Source: an uncultured virus (IMG/VR IMGVR_UViG_3300038393_001696) (Duplodnaviria > Heunggongvirae > Uroviricota > Caudoviricetes). From it: 64,000 bases of DNA. Below, in pieces: positions 56,058 to 64,000 of the stretch (position 1 is the stretch's first letter; each line of letters begins with the position of its first letter). Made by a program: the position numbers and the translations under genes. The notes under the pieces are model-generated. The model worked only from the letters and a program-made list of their open reading frames with translations, made no database searches and was not told where the DNA came from. Where the stretch lies: IMG/VR virus record IMGVR_UViG_3300038393_001696; one strand, written 5' to 3'.

Positions 56058-56494
56058 GCTACCCTCCGCTCTTCGCGCTCGAGCGCGGCGAACAGCCCGC
56101 ACACGGCCTGGTGGTGCGCTGCATCGGCGCACAGCTCCGGCTGGTCGCGCTCCTCGGCCAGGTAGGCCAGCGCGTAGGCGCGCACGCAGCGCAGCAGTTC
56201 AGGCGACGCCGGCGCGGCCAGGTAGACCGGCACCAGCCCGCGCCCCGGCCGCGCATTCAGCACGCTGCCGATGCCGCCCAGCCGCTCGTCGGCCAGGCGC
56301 GCCAGCGCGGCGGCGCTGACGTAGGCTGCCGGCTTGGCGCCGTCCAGGGCGCTGGCGCGCTGGATCACGGTTTGGGCCACGTGCGCGGCCAGCCCCGTGC
56401 GGGCGATGGCATTGTGGGCGGCGCGGGCCGCGAGCGGGTCCGCCGTCTCCGGCAGGCGCTCCTGCGCAAGCTCCGCTGTCTCTTGTGGTAGCAT
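56054..56494 (-). CDS. Phage hypothetical protein
   Basis: YLAEERDQPELCA motif. Confidence 0.55.
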   Translation of the reverse strand: MLPQETAELAQERLPETADPLAARAAHNAIARTGLAAHVAQTVIQRASALDGAKPAAYVSAAALARLADERLGGIGSVLNARPGRGLVPVYLAAPASPELLRCVRAYALAYLAEERDQPELCADAAHHQAVCGLFAALEREERRVA

Positions 56495-56650
56495 CTCAGT
56501 TCCTTTTGTGGTTGGTGGTACCCGGGCCCGTTGCAGCGGGCCCTTCTTATTTGTGCTGCTCGCGCACCAGGCGCGCGTAGGCGGCCCGGCTCATCACGTG
56601 GCCCGGCTCGACCGGCAACGGCTGCTGCTCCTGCGGTGGCTGCTGCTTGC

Positions 56651-56896
56651 TCATGCCGCCCCGCCGATGAAACCGCGGATGGTCGGCACCGGCAGGCCGG
56701 CGATCTCGTGGCACTTCAGGATCATTGCCGGGCCGACCGGCAGGCGGCCGTGGCGGATCTTGCTGATCACGGGCGGTGCGACCTGCAGGCCGCGCGCCAG
56801 GGCGGCGTCGTTCTTGGCGCCGAGCTTCTGCATCACGGCGTCCATCAGGCCGTTCGGGTTGCGGGCCGCCGCGGCGGCCGTCGAGGTGGTTGACAT
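56651..56896 (-). CDS. Small HTH protein
   Basis: NDAALARGLQVAPPVISKIRHGRLPVG. Confidence 0.75.
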   Translation of the reverse strand: MSTTSTAAAAARNPNGLMDAVMQKLGAKNDAALARGLQVAPPVISKIRHGRLPVGPAMILKCHEIAGLPVPTIRGFIGGAA

Positions 56897-57000
56897 GCGT
56901 CTATCTCCTTCTTGTGGTTGGATAAATCGGGTGGACATCCCTGCTGCTACCGTGGCAGCGTCGGGGAGCGGTCTGCGCCGCCCGCCCGCGCAAAAAAACC

Positions 57001-57597
57001 TCAGCCGACCGCGCGCAGCGGTGCCGGCACCTCGCCCTGTTCGATGCGGGCGATCAGCGCGCGCTTGGCGTTCGCGGCCGCTTCCTCGGCCTCGGTCACT
57101 TCCTTCAGCGCCGCCTTGAGCGCCTCCGGGGTCGGGTTGGCGCCGGCCGTCAGCAGCGCGACCGCCGCCTCCGAGCTTTCCTTGACGGTGGCGCTAGCGC
57201 AGGCCAGCGCGTCGAACGCGCACCCGTCGGCGCGCTGCAGCTGGTGCGCCTCCAGCTCGAGCGGGCGCAGGATCTCGTTGACGGCCTGCACGCGCAGCGC
57301 CAGCGGCAGCGCCGCCAGCACGCTCTGCACCATGCTGGCCGGCAGCGTCGCGTCGCGCGTCACGTTGTCGAGCCAGCGGAACAGCTTCTGGGCCGCCACC
57401 TTGGCGCGCTCGAAGGCATCCGCGCTGCTCGAATCGAAGCGGATCCCGGTGGCGACGTCGGCGCCGATGCGCTCGTGCGCCGCGACCACCTCGGTCGCGA
57501 CCGCCTCGCGGCTCATCTGGCCGGCGCTCTTGCGCCAGCTGTCGATGGCGGCATTGAGCACGGCGACGAGCGGCTGGGCGTGAAGTCCAATCTTCAT
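57001..57597 (-). CDS. CII-like protein
   Basis: Homolog of 2935-3540; downstream of cro. Confidence 0.6.
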   Translation of the reverse strand: MKIGLHAQPLVAVLNAAIDSWRKSAGQMSREAVATEVVAAHERIGADVATGIRFDSSSADAFERAKVAAQKLFRWLDNVTRDATLPASMVQSVLAALPLALRVQAVNEILRPLELEAHQLQRADGCAFDALACASATVKESSEAAVALLTAGANPTPEALKAALKEVTEAEEAAANAKRALIARIEQGEVPAPLRAVG

Positions 57598-57710
57598 GAC
57601 TTTTTCCTTTTTGAAAGCTAATCTGGCAATACTGAACAACAACAAAATCGACCCATGACTACCTTCGCTGCTGTCCTGAACCGCCCACCAAGCGAGCGAT
57701 TCCAGATGGG

Positions 57711-58052
57711 CTACGTTTTCCGCTCGAATGGCTGGTTCAGCTCGCCAGCGAACGACGCAACATTCTTGCGAGATGGCGGGTTACGGCCAGCGCGCCCTGG
57801 TTCGGGCTTCGGGTCGGTTGAGCGCCTATTTGGTGTCGGCGATCGCATCGGTTCCTCAGCTGCATATATCTCGTCATATGTCAGGGCGACGCCTAGCGAG
57901 GCGGCATACGCAATAAGCCTCGCCGCCACGTGGGGTGGCATAGCTTGCCCCCGCTCGTAGTTCGAGATGTTTCCCTGCGAGACACCTAGTCCCTCGGCCA
58001 TTGCGGTCTGGGTGACGCCAAGGCGCGCCCTGATGTGGGAGATCGTGTTCAT
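57711..58052 (-). CDS. cro: Cro-like XRE HTH regulator
   Basis: TQTAMAEGLGVSQGNISNYERG. Confidence 0.85.
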   Translation of the reverse strand: MNTISHIRARLGVTQTAMAEGLGVSQGNISNYERGQAMPPHVAARLIAYAASLGVALTYDEIYAAEEPMRSPTPNRRSTDPKPEPGRAGRNPPSRKNVASFAGELNQPFERKT

Positions 58053-58061
58053 GACAATAAT

Positions 58062-58124
58062 ATTAGTCGGACTGATTGACTGTGTCAACAGCCAGACTAA
58101 TTGCCGAATATTAGTTTCACTTAT
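58062..58124. promoter_or_regulatory. Prophage 2 OR-like operators (15-bp, consensus near ATTAGTCnGACTAAT)
   Basis: ATTAGTCGGACTGAT 58062, AACAGCCAGACTAAT 58087, ATTAGTTTCACTTAT 58110. Confidence 0.75.
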
Positions 58125-58135
58125 ATTCTTGCGAG

Positions 58136-58909
58136 ATGCCAGCACTCCCCCTCACCCATGAACAGCTTTCCGACGCCGCCCGTCTCAAGAACCTCTTTGC
58201 GACCTGGCAGAGAGGTCGCAGGGAGGCAGGCTTGCCATCGTCTCAGGAGGCGTTGAGTGACTTGCTGGGGTTCAACCAGAGCGCCATGAGCCAGTACTTG
58301 AACGGCCGGATTCCGCTCAACGTCGACGCTGCTACGAAGTTCGCCAATCTAATCGGATGCGCGGTGGTGGACTTCAGCCCAAGCCTAGCCAGCCAGATCG
58401 AGAGGTATGCCGCCGCGGCGGAGGCTCTCAACGAGACCCGACTTCCGTATAGTGCTGCCCAAGTATCGCTCGACCCGGAAGAAGACGTAATCCCAATCAA
58501 AACCGTAAATATTCGCGTTGAAGCAGGATTCCCAGGGTTTGAGGCTGATCGGGACTTTGAAGACGGCGGCGTCATCCATATTCCGCGCAAAGTGGTAGAA
58601 GCAAACGATTGGGTGCCGCAGTGTCTTCTCGCCACCAAGGTTAGGGGCGACAGCATGGCGCCTGTTTTCGCTGACGGCGACATTATCGTGGTCAATATCG
58701 CGGACACTAAGCCAGTGTCCGGGGAAATCTACGCGATTAATTACGAGGGAACGCCAGTCGTTAAGCAGATGGCAAATGAGGGGCCAATGTGGTACATGCG
58801 CTCCTTCAACCCTAACTATAAGCCGGTTCTATTCAGGACTCCAGACTCTAACATCATTGCAAAAGTCGTCTATCAGCCTGGACGAGTAGTGGCTGGGCGG
58901 ATTGTATAG
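58136..58909 (+). CDS. cI: CI repressor (HTH plus S24 peptidase)
   Basis: SQEALSDLLGFNQSAMSQYLNG; AG cleavage site; VRGDSM; VVKQ. Confidence 0.92.
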   Translation: MPALPLTHEQLSDAARLKNLFATWQRGRREAGLPSSQEALSDLLGFNQSAMSQYLNGRIPLNVDAATKFANLIGCAVVDFSPSLASQIERYAAAAEALNETRLPYSAAQVSLDPEEDVIPIKTVNIRVEAGFPGFEADRDFEDGGVIHIPRKVVEANDWVPQCLLATKVRGDSMAPVFADGDIIVVNIADTKPVSGEIYAINYEGTPVVKQMANEGPMWYMRSFNPNYKPVLFRTPDSNIIAKVVYQPGRVVAGRIV

Positions 58910-59172
58910 TGAGGTATGCGATAGGCAAGTGGATCACTCCTATAGTGATCGTGGAGGTTGACCCAGAGGTGTTTGACGACTCCGCCGTTGGCGACTTGCT
59001 CGCGAAGCTGGATCAACACTTCATGCAGCCGGTCGCGATGATTACTCCGGACTGGGAGGCATCGACAGGCATACGGGCGCAGGGCCTGGCTTGCCCGATC
59101 GAGATGCTGGCAGCGGCAGACGTGGTCTGGCGCGAGCTCGTGCTACCGTCAGAGGCTGAGATACCGTTCTAG
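58909..59172 (+). CDS. Hypothetical protein in the immunity region
   Basis: Coupled to the cI stop. Confidence 0.5.
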   Translation: MRYAIGKWITPIVIVEVDPEVFDDSAVGDLLAKLDQHFMQPVAMITPDWEASTGIRAQGLACPIEMLAAADVVWRELVLPSEAEIPF

Positions 59173-59267
59173 GCGCGACGGCACGCAAGGTGCGCACTTC
59201 TAAAAAAATGTATGCATGTGACAAGGCAAACTTAGCCACAACGATACCAACAAGAATAGGAGAAGCT

Positions 59268-59684
59268 ATGAAACGCCGTGCTGTAACAGTCGCCATCGCC
59301 GCGCTTTCATTTGGATCGGGTTTCGCGGCCGCCACACCGCTTAGCGATCTGAATTTTTCAGGAAGAGCATTTCAGTGCGAGTCGTACGAATTCGCTGAGA
59401 TTGACTCAATGTCGCGTGACGAACTTCAGGGCGCCTACTGCAGTTATGTGATCGGTTCGAAACGAGCGTCAAAACGCAATGAAGAAACGAAAGAAAAATA
59501 CCGGGATCAGCCGAGGATTCTCAGTGCCCTCCTGGGCGACCACATTCAGTTTCTTGAGCGGTGCTCTCAAGGGATGAATAAAACCAGCGACCTCTTTTCG
59601 CGCAAATTCCATGCGCCGGCACCAGATTGCGCCGCGATGGCCGAGAAGGTCGACGGCATCATGGAGAAGCGGAAAAATCCGTAA
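59268..59684 (+). CDS. Exported protein in the immunity region
   Basis: Signal peptide MKRRAVTVAIAALSFGSGFAAA; four Cys; AGGAG RBS. Confidence 0.6.
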   Translation: MKRRAVTVAIAALSFGSGFAAATPLSDLNFSGRAFQCESYEFAEIDSMSRDELQGAYCSYVIGSKRASKRNEETKEKYRDQPRILSALLGDHIQFLERCSQGMNKTSDLFSRKFHAPAPDCAAMAEKVDGIMEKRKNP

Positions 59685-60082
59685 CATCCGATTTCCCCGT
59701 TTTTCTGCCAGGCCGTTTTGCTTGTGGTCCCGTTATAGGTACTGCTAGGTATCTAATTCTTGGCTGATCTAAGAGTCAGCTTCTGCTCTGCCGCTGTCGA
59801 CGTCATCCCAGCAGAGCCTCGGTTCCGGATGTCACCCTCCCAGTAGCCAGCCACAAGGCTCGCTTCCGTGGAGAGTGACACATCCCATGCTTTCGCCTTC
59901 GGACGCGCACTTGTCGACAGACTTTCAGGTGTTGCCACCTGCCCCCGGCGCGCTCTATCCCTACCACCCACGCGTTGCCCTTCCGGTCGTCCTTGGCTAG
60001 CCGGCCTGGTCGTCGGCGGTTTCCCCTCCCTGCTCCAGGCTCGCGTCAAAATTCCTTTTGACAGAAGAATATTACACGAAAT

Positions 60083-60124
60083 ATCAGTCAGACTGTTGAC
60101 TGCGTTAATCAGTCAGACTAATAT
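60083..60124 (+). promoter_or_regulatory. Prophage 2 OL-like operators and PL-like promoter
   Basis: ATCAGTCAGACTGTT 60083, ATCAGTCAGACTAAT 60108; TTGACT 60096, 17 nt, TAATAT. Confidence 0.75.
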
Positions 60125-60160
60125 TGCTGAAACAGCTAAGCGAACTCATCGGAGGCCCGC

Positions 60161-60325
60161 ATGACGCAGACGACGCACCCCAGCAAGGAGCAGGTCAGGC
60201 AGTTCATGCGGCAGCGCCGAGTGGAGCGCACCCCGCCGCCCAGCCCGGAGCAGATCCGGCGCGAGCTCGGCTGGCATCTGGAGGCGGCGGCGCGGGCCGT
60301 CCGCGCAGGCACAGGCAGCAGGTAG
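60161..60325 (+). CDS. Small conserved early protein
   Basis: Homolog of 5527-5685. Confidence 0.7.
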   Translation: MTQTTHPSKEQVRQFMRQRRVERTPPPSPEQIRRELGWHLEAAARAVRAGTGSR

Positions 60326-60352
60326 CGCAACGACAACAGGAAAGGACCAACC

Positions 60353-60589
60353 ATGGGTATGACGACGAATCAACTCGACCACCTCGATGCGGTCGCCGAA
60401 TCGCTGAAGGGCAACCGGGCGCGCGGCGCGTTCGGCGTGCTGTCGACCGGCGAGAAGCTGTACGTGGCGTTGGCCGCGAACCGCGCCGACCTGCTGGCCG
60501 GCATGCGCTACACGATCGCGGAAGCGTTGGCGCGGCTGGGCGGCGACGACATTGTCGCGCTGGCGCGGCGCTGGCAGTACCGCGACTGA
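60353..60589 (+). CDS. Hypothetical protein
   Basis: AAGGA RBS; LSTGEKLYVALAANR. Confidence 0.6.
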   Translation: MGMTTNQLDHLDAVAESLKGNRARGAFGVLSTGEKLYVALAANRADLLAGMRYTIAEALARLGGDDIVALARRWQYRD

Positions 60590-61052
60590 TTCGCAACCAA
60601 CCGAAGGGAGAGCACGATGAAATACCGCATCAAGGCGCGCACTGCCACCAGCACCACGACCTACGACGCGATCGGCGAGCGCGACGCGCTGATGGACGCC
60701 GCCTACGACGCCGGCGCGCTCGGCGTGACCGCAGTGAGGCTGGCATGAGCGAGCGCGAGCTGACCGTCCGCAAGACCCGGCTTGCATGCGCCCTGCTCGT
60801 GCTGCTCGCCATCGCGCTGGCCAAGGTGTGCGCATGATCCGCACCTTCGCCCAGGCGCTGGCGATCGTCGCCGCGTTCCTGCTGCTGGTGGCCGAGGCGC
60901 AGCGCGCCGACGCCCGGCTCGACGCCGAACGGCCCACCGCCGCCAGCCGGGCCGCGCGTGCCGCCCAGGCAGACCGCCTGCTCGGCCTGCACGACGAACG
61001 TCGCCTCTCGCAGCGCTGACCCGATCAACCACAACAACAACGAGGAAACCCG

Positions 61053-61946
61053 ATGTTCTTCAAGAACCTGCAGCTGTACCGCCTGCCCGCGCCGTGGGCG
61101 ATGAGCGCCGACGCGCTGGCCGCCGCGCTGGCGCCGCACACGTTCGTGCCGCCGTCCAGCAACGAGCTGCTACGCCAGGGCTGGACCGCCCCGCGCGGCG
61201 CCGGGCTGGTGCACAGCGTCGGTGGCCAGTACCTGCTGCAGCTGGCCACCGAGAAGAAGCTGCTGCCGGCCGCGGTGATCCGCCAGGCCGCGCAGGACCG
61301 TGCCGCCGCGCTGGAACGTGAGCAAGGCTTCGCGCCCGGCAAGAAGGCAATGCAGGAGCTGCGCGAGCGTGTGGCCGACGAGCTGCTGCCGCGCGCGTTC
61401 CCGGTCAAGAGCGCCCTGCACGTCTGGATCGACCCGGCCAACGGCTGGCTCGCGATCGACACCGCCAACGCAGCCAGTGCGGACGGCGTGGTCAAGCTGC
61501 TGCTCAAGGCGGTCGACCGGATGCCGCTCGCATCGCTGCGCGTGGCGCATGCGCCGGTCGCGGTGATGACCGGCTGGCTCGACGCGGATGAAGCCCCGGC
61601 AGGTTTCTCGATCGACCAGGACGCCCAGCTGCGCGCCGCCGGCGAGAGTCGCGCCGAGGTCGGCTACCGGCGGCACACCCTCGAACCGGACGACATGCGC
61701 CGCCACATCGCCGCCGGCAAGCAGTGCACGCGGCTGGCGCTGACCTGGAACAGCCGCATCTCGTTCGTGCTGACCGAGACGCTGGCGCTGCGCGCGATCC
61801 GCCCGCTCGACGTGCTCAAGGAAGGCGCCGCGGCCGCGTACAACGACGACGAGCGCTTCGACAGCGACTTCGCGCTGATGGCCGGTGAGTATGCGCAGCT
61901 GCTGGCCGACCTGGCCGCAGCGCTGGGCGGCGAGGCAGCAACATGA
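61053..61946 (+). CDS. rdgC: Recombination-associated protein RdgC
   Basis: Close homolog of 7008-7904. Confidence 0.92.
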   Translation: MFFKNLQLYRLPAPWAMSADALAAALAPHTFVPPSSNELLRQGWTAPRGAGLVHSVGGQYLLQLATEKKLLPAAVIRQAAQDRAAALEREQGFAPGKKAMQELRERVADELLPRAFPVKSALHVWIDPANGWLAIDTANAASADGVVKLLLKAVDRMPLASLRVAHAPVAVMTGWLDADEAPAGFSIDQDAQLRAAGESRAEVGYRRHTLEPDDMRRHIAAGKQCTRLALTWNSRISFVLTETLALRAIRPLDVLKEGAAAAYNDDERFDSDFALMAGEYAQLLADLAAALGGEAAT

Positions 61947-62161
61947 GCGCGCTCGGCGGGCGCGCCGCAGCGAACACCGGATTCCATTGCCCTGAATGCT
62001 ACGCCAAGGGCGACCAACCGCACGCGTCGACCTGCTCGGCAGCCAAGGCGCCGGCGCCGGCGGTTATCCCGCTCGGCATCTCCAATTACCAGCTCCCCGA
62101 CGGTACGACGGGAAGCTCCTACACCAGCAGCACCAACCAACCACAACCAGGGAGAACCTCG

Positions 62162-62938
62162 ATGTCCTTCGACACCGCCGAAGCAGCACCCGCCGCAGTG
62201 GACGCCACCGCTGCCGCACCGGCAGCCGCTGCCGTTGACCAGCACCTGTTCGTTACCGTCCCGGAAACCACGCTGCCGAACGGCACGGTGGTCCCGGCCT
62301 TCCAGGTCGGCCAGTACTACTGCTCGCAGGGCGCGGACGGCAAGCTCGCGATCAACGCGAGCAGCGAGCCGTGGGTCGAGATCAGCTACCACGCCGCGCG
62401 CCAGGCCTGCGCCGCCGCCGGCTACTCACTGCTGACCGAGCTGCAGGCGTTGGCGATTGCACACAACATCGCCCAGCAGGGCGCGAACTGGAGCGGTGGA
62501 CAGGTTGGCGTGGGCAACCTGCTGCAGGGCCTGCACCTCGACCCCGACGACGCCGACGAAGCCTACGCCGGCGACTACGTGCCAGCCGATCCGGCCGAGC
62601 GCCGCATGTTCGTGCTGTCGAACGGCCAGACCATCTGCGACGCGGCCGGCAATTTCTACGGCTGGGTCTTCGATGACGTCCAAGGCGACGAGAACGGTTT
62701 AGTGGCGCGCGCATTCGCTGCCGATTCGCCGTCGATCACCACGGCGCCATTCCCGTCGCTGGAGCGCGGCATGGGCTGGTATCCGAAGGCCGGCAGCGAT
62801 TGGTCGGGCGCTGCGCTCCTCCGCGGCGGCTACTGGTGTTCGGACGGCGATGCCGGCGTGTTCGATCTCGACTACGGCTGGCCCGGCGACGCCTACGACT
62901 ACGTGGGCTTCCGCTGCACCAAACCCATTGGTCTCTGA
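62162..62938 (+). CDS. Putative DGR target A (FGE-sulfatase-type C-lectin fold)
   Basis: FQVGQY, PWV.ISY..A..AC, DAAGN, RGG.W, VGFRC; GGAG RBS at MSFD (frame is open back to 61943). Confidence 0.8.
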   Translation: MSFDTAEAAPAAVDATAAAPAAAAVDQHLFVTVPETTLPNGTVVPAFQVGQYYCSQGADGKLAINASSEPWVEISYHAARQACAAAGYSLLTELQALAIAHNIAQQGANWSGGQVGVGNLLQGLHLDPDDADEAYAGDYVPADPAERRMFVLSNGQTICDAAGNFYGWVFDDVQGDENGLVARAFAADSPSITTAPFPSLERGMGWYPKAGSDWSGAALLRGGYWCSDGDAGVFDLDYGWPGDAYDYVGFRCTKPIGL

Positions 62939-62972
62939 TCCCTGGTCCCGGGTCGCCGCGTCAGCGGTGACC
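62801..62972 (+). repeat. Putative VR-A, conserved 3' tail and hairpin
   Basis: Ungapped match to 63762-63933; hairpin GGTCGCCGC-GTCA-GCGGTGACC. Confidence 0.85.
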
Positions 62973-63008
62973 GATCCCGAGCCACCGACAAACGCGAGAA
63001 CCGCCAAC

Positions 63009-63899
63009 ATGAAAATCGAACTCACCCAAGAGCACACCTTTACCGCCCGCGCTGGCGCCTACACGGTACACGGCCTGCGCCGCGCCGACCAATGGGAAGG
63101 CCTGACCAAACTGGTGGACCTGTCCGAGCGCTTCCTGATCGTATCTGACAACGACGGAATCGTGGTCAAGGGCACGCCCGCGCTGCTGCGCGACCTGCGC
63201 CTGACCGCCAGCACCGACTTGTTCGTCACCGTGCCGGAAACTACGCTGCCCACCGGCCAAGTCGTGCCGTCGTTCCAGGTCGGCCAGTACCACTGTGGCA
63301 GCGACGGCGACAGCATCGCCATCCGTTCCGACTTGGTGCCGCTGGTACGCGTCAACTACCGCGACGCGAAAACGCGCTGCGTGGACGCCGGCTACCAGTT
63401 GATCACCGAACGGCAATGCCTGGCGATTGCCGTCGACATCGCCGGGCAGGACATCAACTGGACCGGCGGCAAGGTCGGGCACGGCGCGATCTACCAGGGC
63501 CTGCACCTCGGCACGGTCAGCGCTCCGCAGGCCGGCACCTACGAACCGGACGACAACGAACGCCGCTGGCACCAGCTGTCGAACGGTGCGCGCATCTACG
63601 ACTTCGCCGGCAACATGTTCAGCTGGGTGTACGACGACGTGCAGGGCGACGCCGAAGGTCTGGTAAGCGCCGCGATCGAAAAGGACTCGCCGTCGCTCGC
63701 CAGCGCGCCCTACCCCAGCGAACAGAAGGGCATGGGCTACATCCCGCGCGGCCCGCTGAAGTGGTCGGGCCGTGCGCTCGTCCGCGGCGGCTGCTGGTTT
63801 TCGGACGACCGTGCCGGCGTGTTCAGTCTCGACTACGACTGGCCCGACTCCGCCAGCGTCTACGTGGGCTTCCGCTGCACCAAACCCATTGGTCTCTGA
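63009..63899 (+). CDS. Putative DGR target B (FGE-sulfatase-type C-lectin fold)
   Basis: Paralog of A with a different N-terminus; DFAGN, RGG.W, VGFRC. Confidence 0.8.
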   Translation: MKIELTQEHTFTARAGAYTVHGLRRADQWEGLTKLVDLSERFLIVSDNDGIVVKGTPALLRDLRLTASTDLFVTVPETTLPTGQVVPSFQVGQYHCGSDGDSIAIRSDLVPLVRVNYRDAKTRCVDAGYQLITERQCLAIAVDIAGQDINWTGGKVGHGAIYQGLHLGTVSAPQAGTYEPDDNERRWHQLSNGARIYDFAGNMFSWVYDDVQGDAEGLVSAAIEKDSPSLASAPYPSEQKGMGYIPRGPLKWSGRALVRGGCWFSDDRAGVFSLDYDWPDSASVYVGFRCTKPIGL

Positions 63900-63933
63900 T
63901 CACTGGTCCCGGGTCGCCGCGCCAGCGGTGACC
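63762..63933 (+). repeat. Putative VR-B, conserved 3' tail and hairpin
   Basis: 17 coding differences from VR-A, all at codon positions 1-2; hairpin GGTCGCCGC-GCCA-GCGGTGACC. Confidence 0.85.
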
Positions 63934-64000
63934 TCCCTTAACCAGAACAATAAATAAGAAGACAACCATGCAACAGGCAGCAACCCAGCACCCCACCGAC

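Larger units (their letters stand above)
16423..64000. mobile_element. Prophage 2, HK97-like siphovirus (right end beyond the window)
   Basis: Lysis, tail, head, terminase, Q, replication, cro/cI and rdgC modules in lambdoid order. Confidence 0.92.

Noticed and set aside
62801..63933. Prophage 2 repeats as targets of the prophage 1 TR, or one repeat as the TR of the other
   Set aside because: No alignment to TR 9288-9393; neither copy has A at most differing positions and both are in-frame gene ends
1..64000. CRISPR array or IS element
   Set aside because: No regularly spaced repeat-spacer array or transposase ORF seen

Overview
GC-rich betaproteobacterial DNA (Oxalobacteraceae/Massilia-like by gene style; an inference) made almost entirely of two related, co-oriented, apparently heteroimmune temperate prophages. 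They meet at a 3' fragment of tRNA-His (16375-16422). Prophage 1 (<1-16422) contributes its early region: C5 methylase, cII-like, cro, repressor, rdgC, excisionase and integrase. It carries a complete diversity-generating retroelement (DGR): target 8126-8740, avd 8758-9111, TR 9288-9393 and RT ending at 10508. The same TR matches a second, remote target on the opposite strand (2441-2830), where all 16 mismatches fall at TR adenines. Prophage 2 (16423->64000) is an HK97-like siphovirus with a frameshifted ATP-dependent ligase, an orphan hcp-Rap1a-tae4 T6SS cassette, and lysis, tail, head, packaging, Q, replication, methylase and cro/cI modules. Its SNF2-helicase/methylase gene contains an endonuclease VII gene nested in another frame. 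Downstream of its rdgC lie two tandem genes whose 3' ends look like VRs of a second, different DGR, whose TR/RT should lie outside the window. All product calls come from motif recognition by eye, not database searches.
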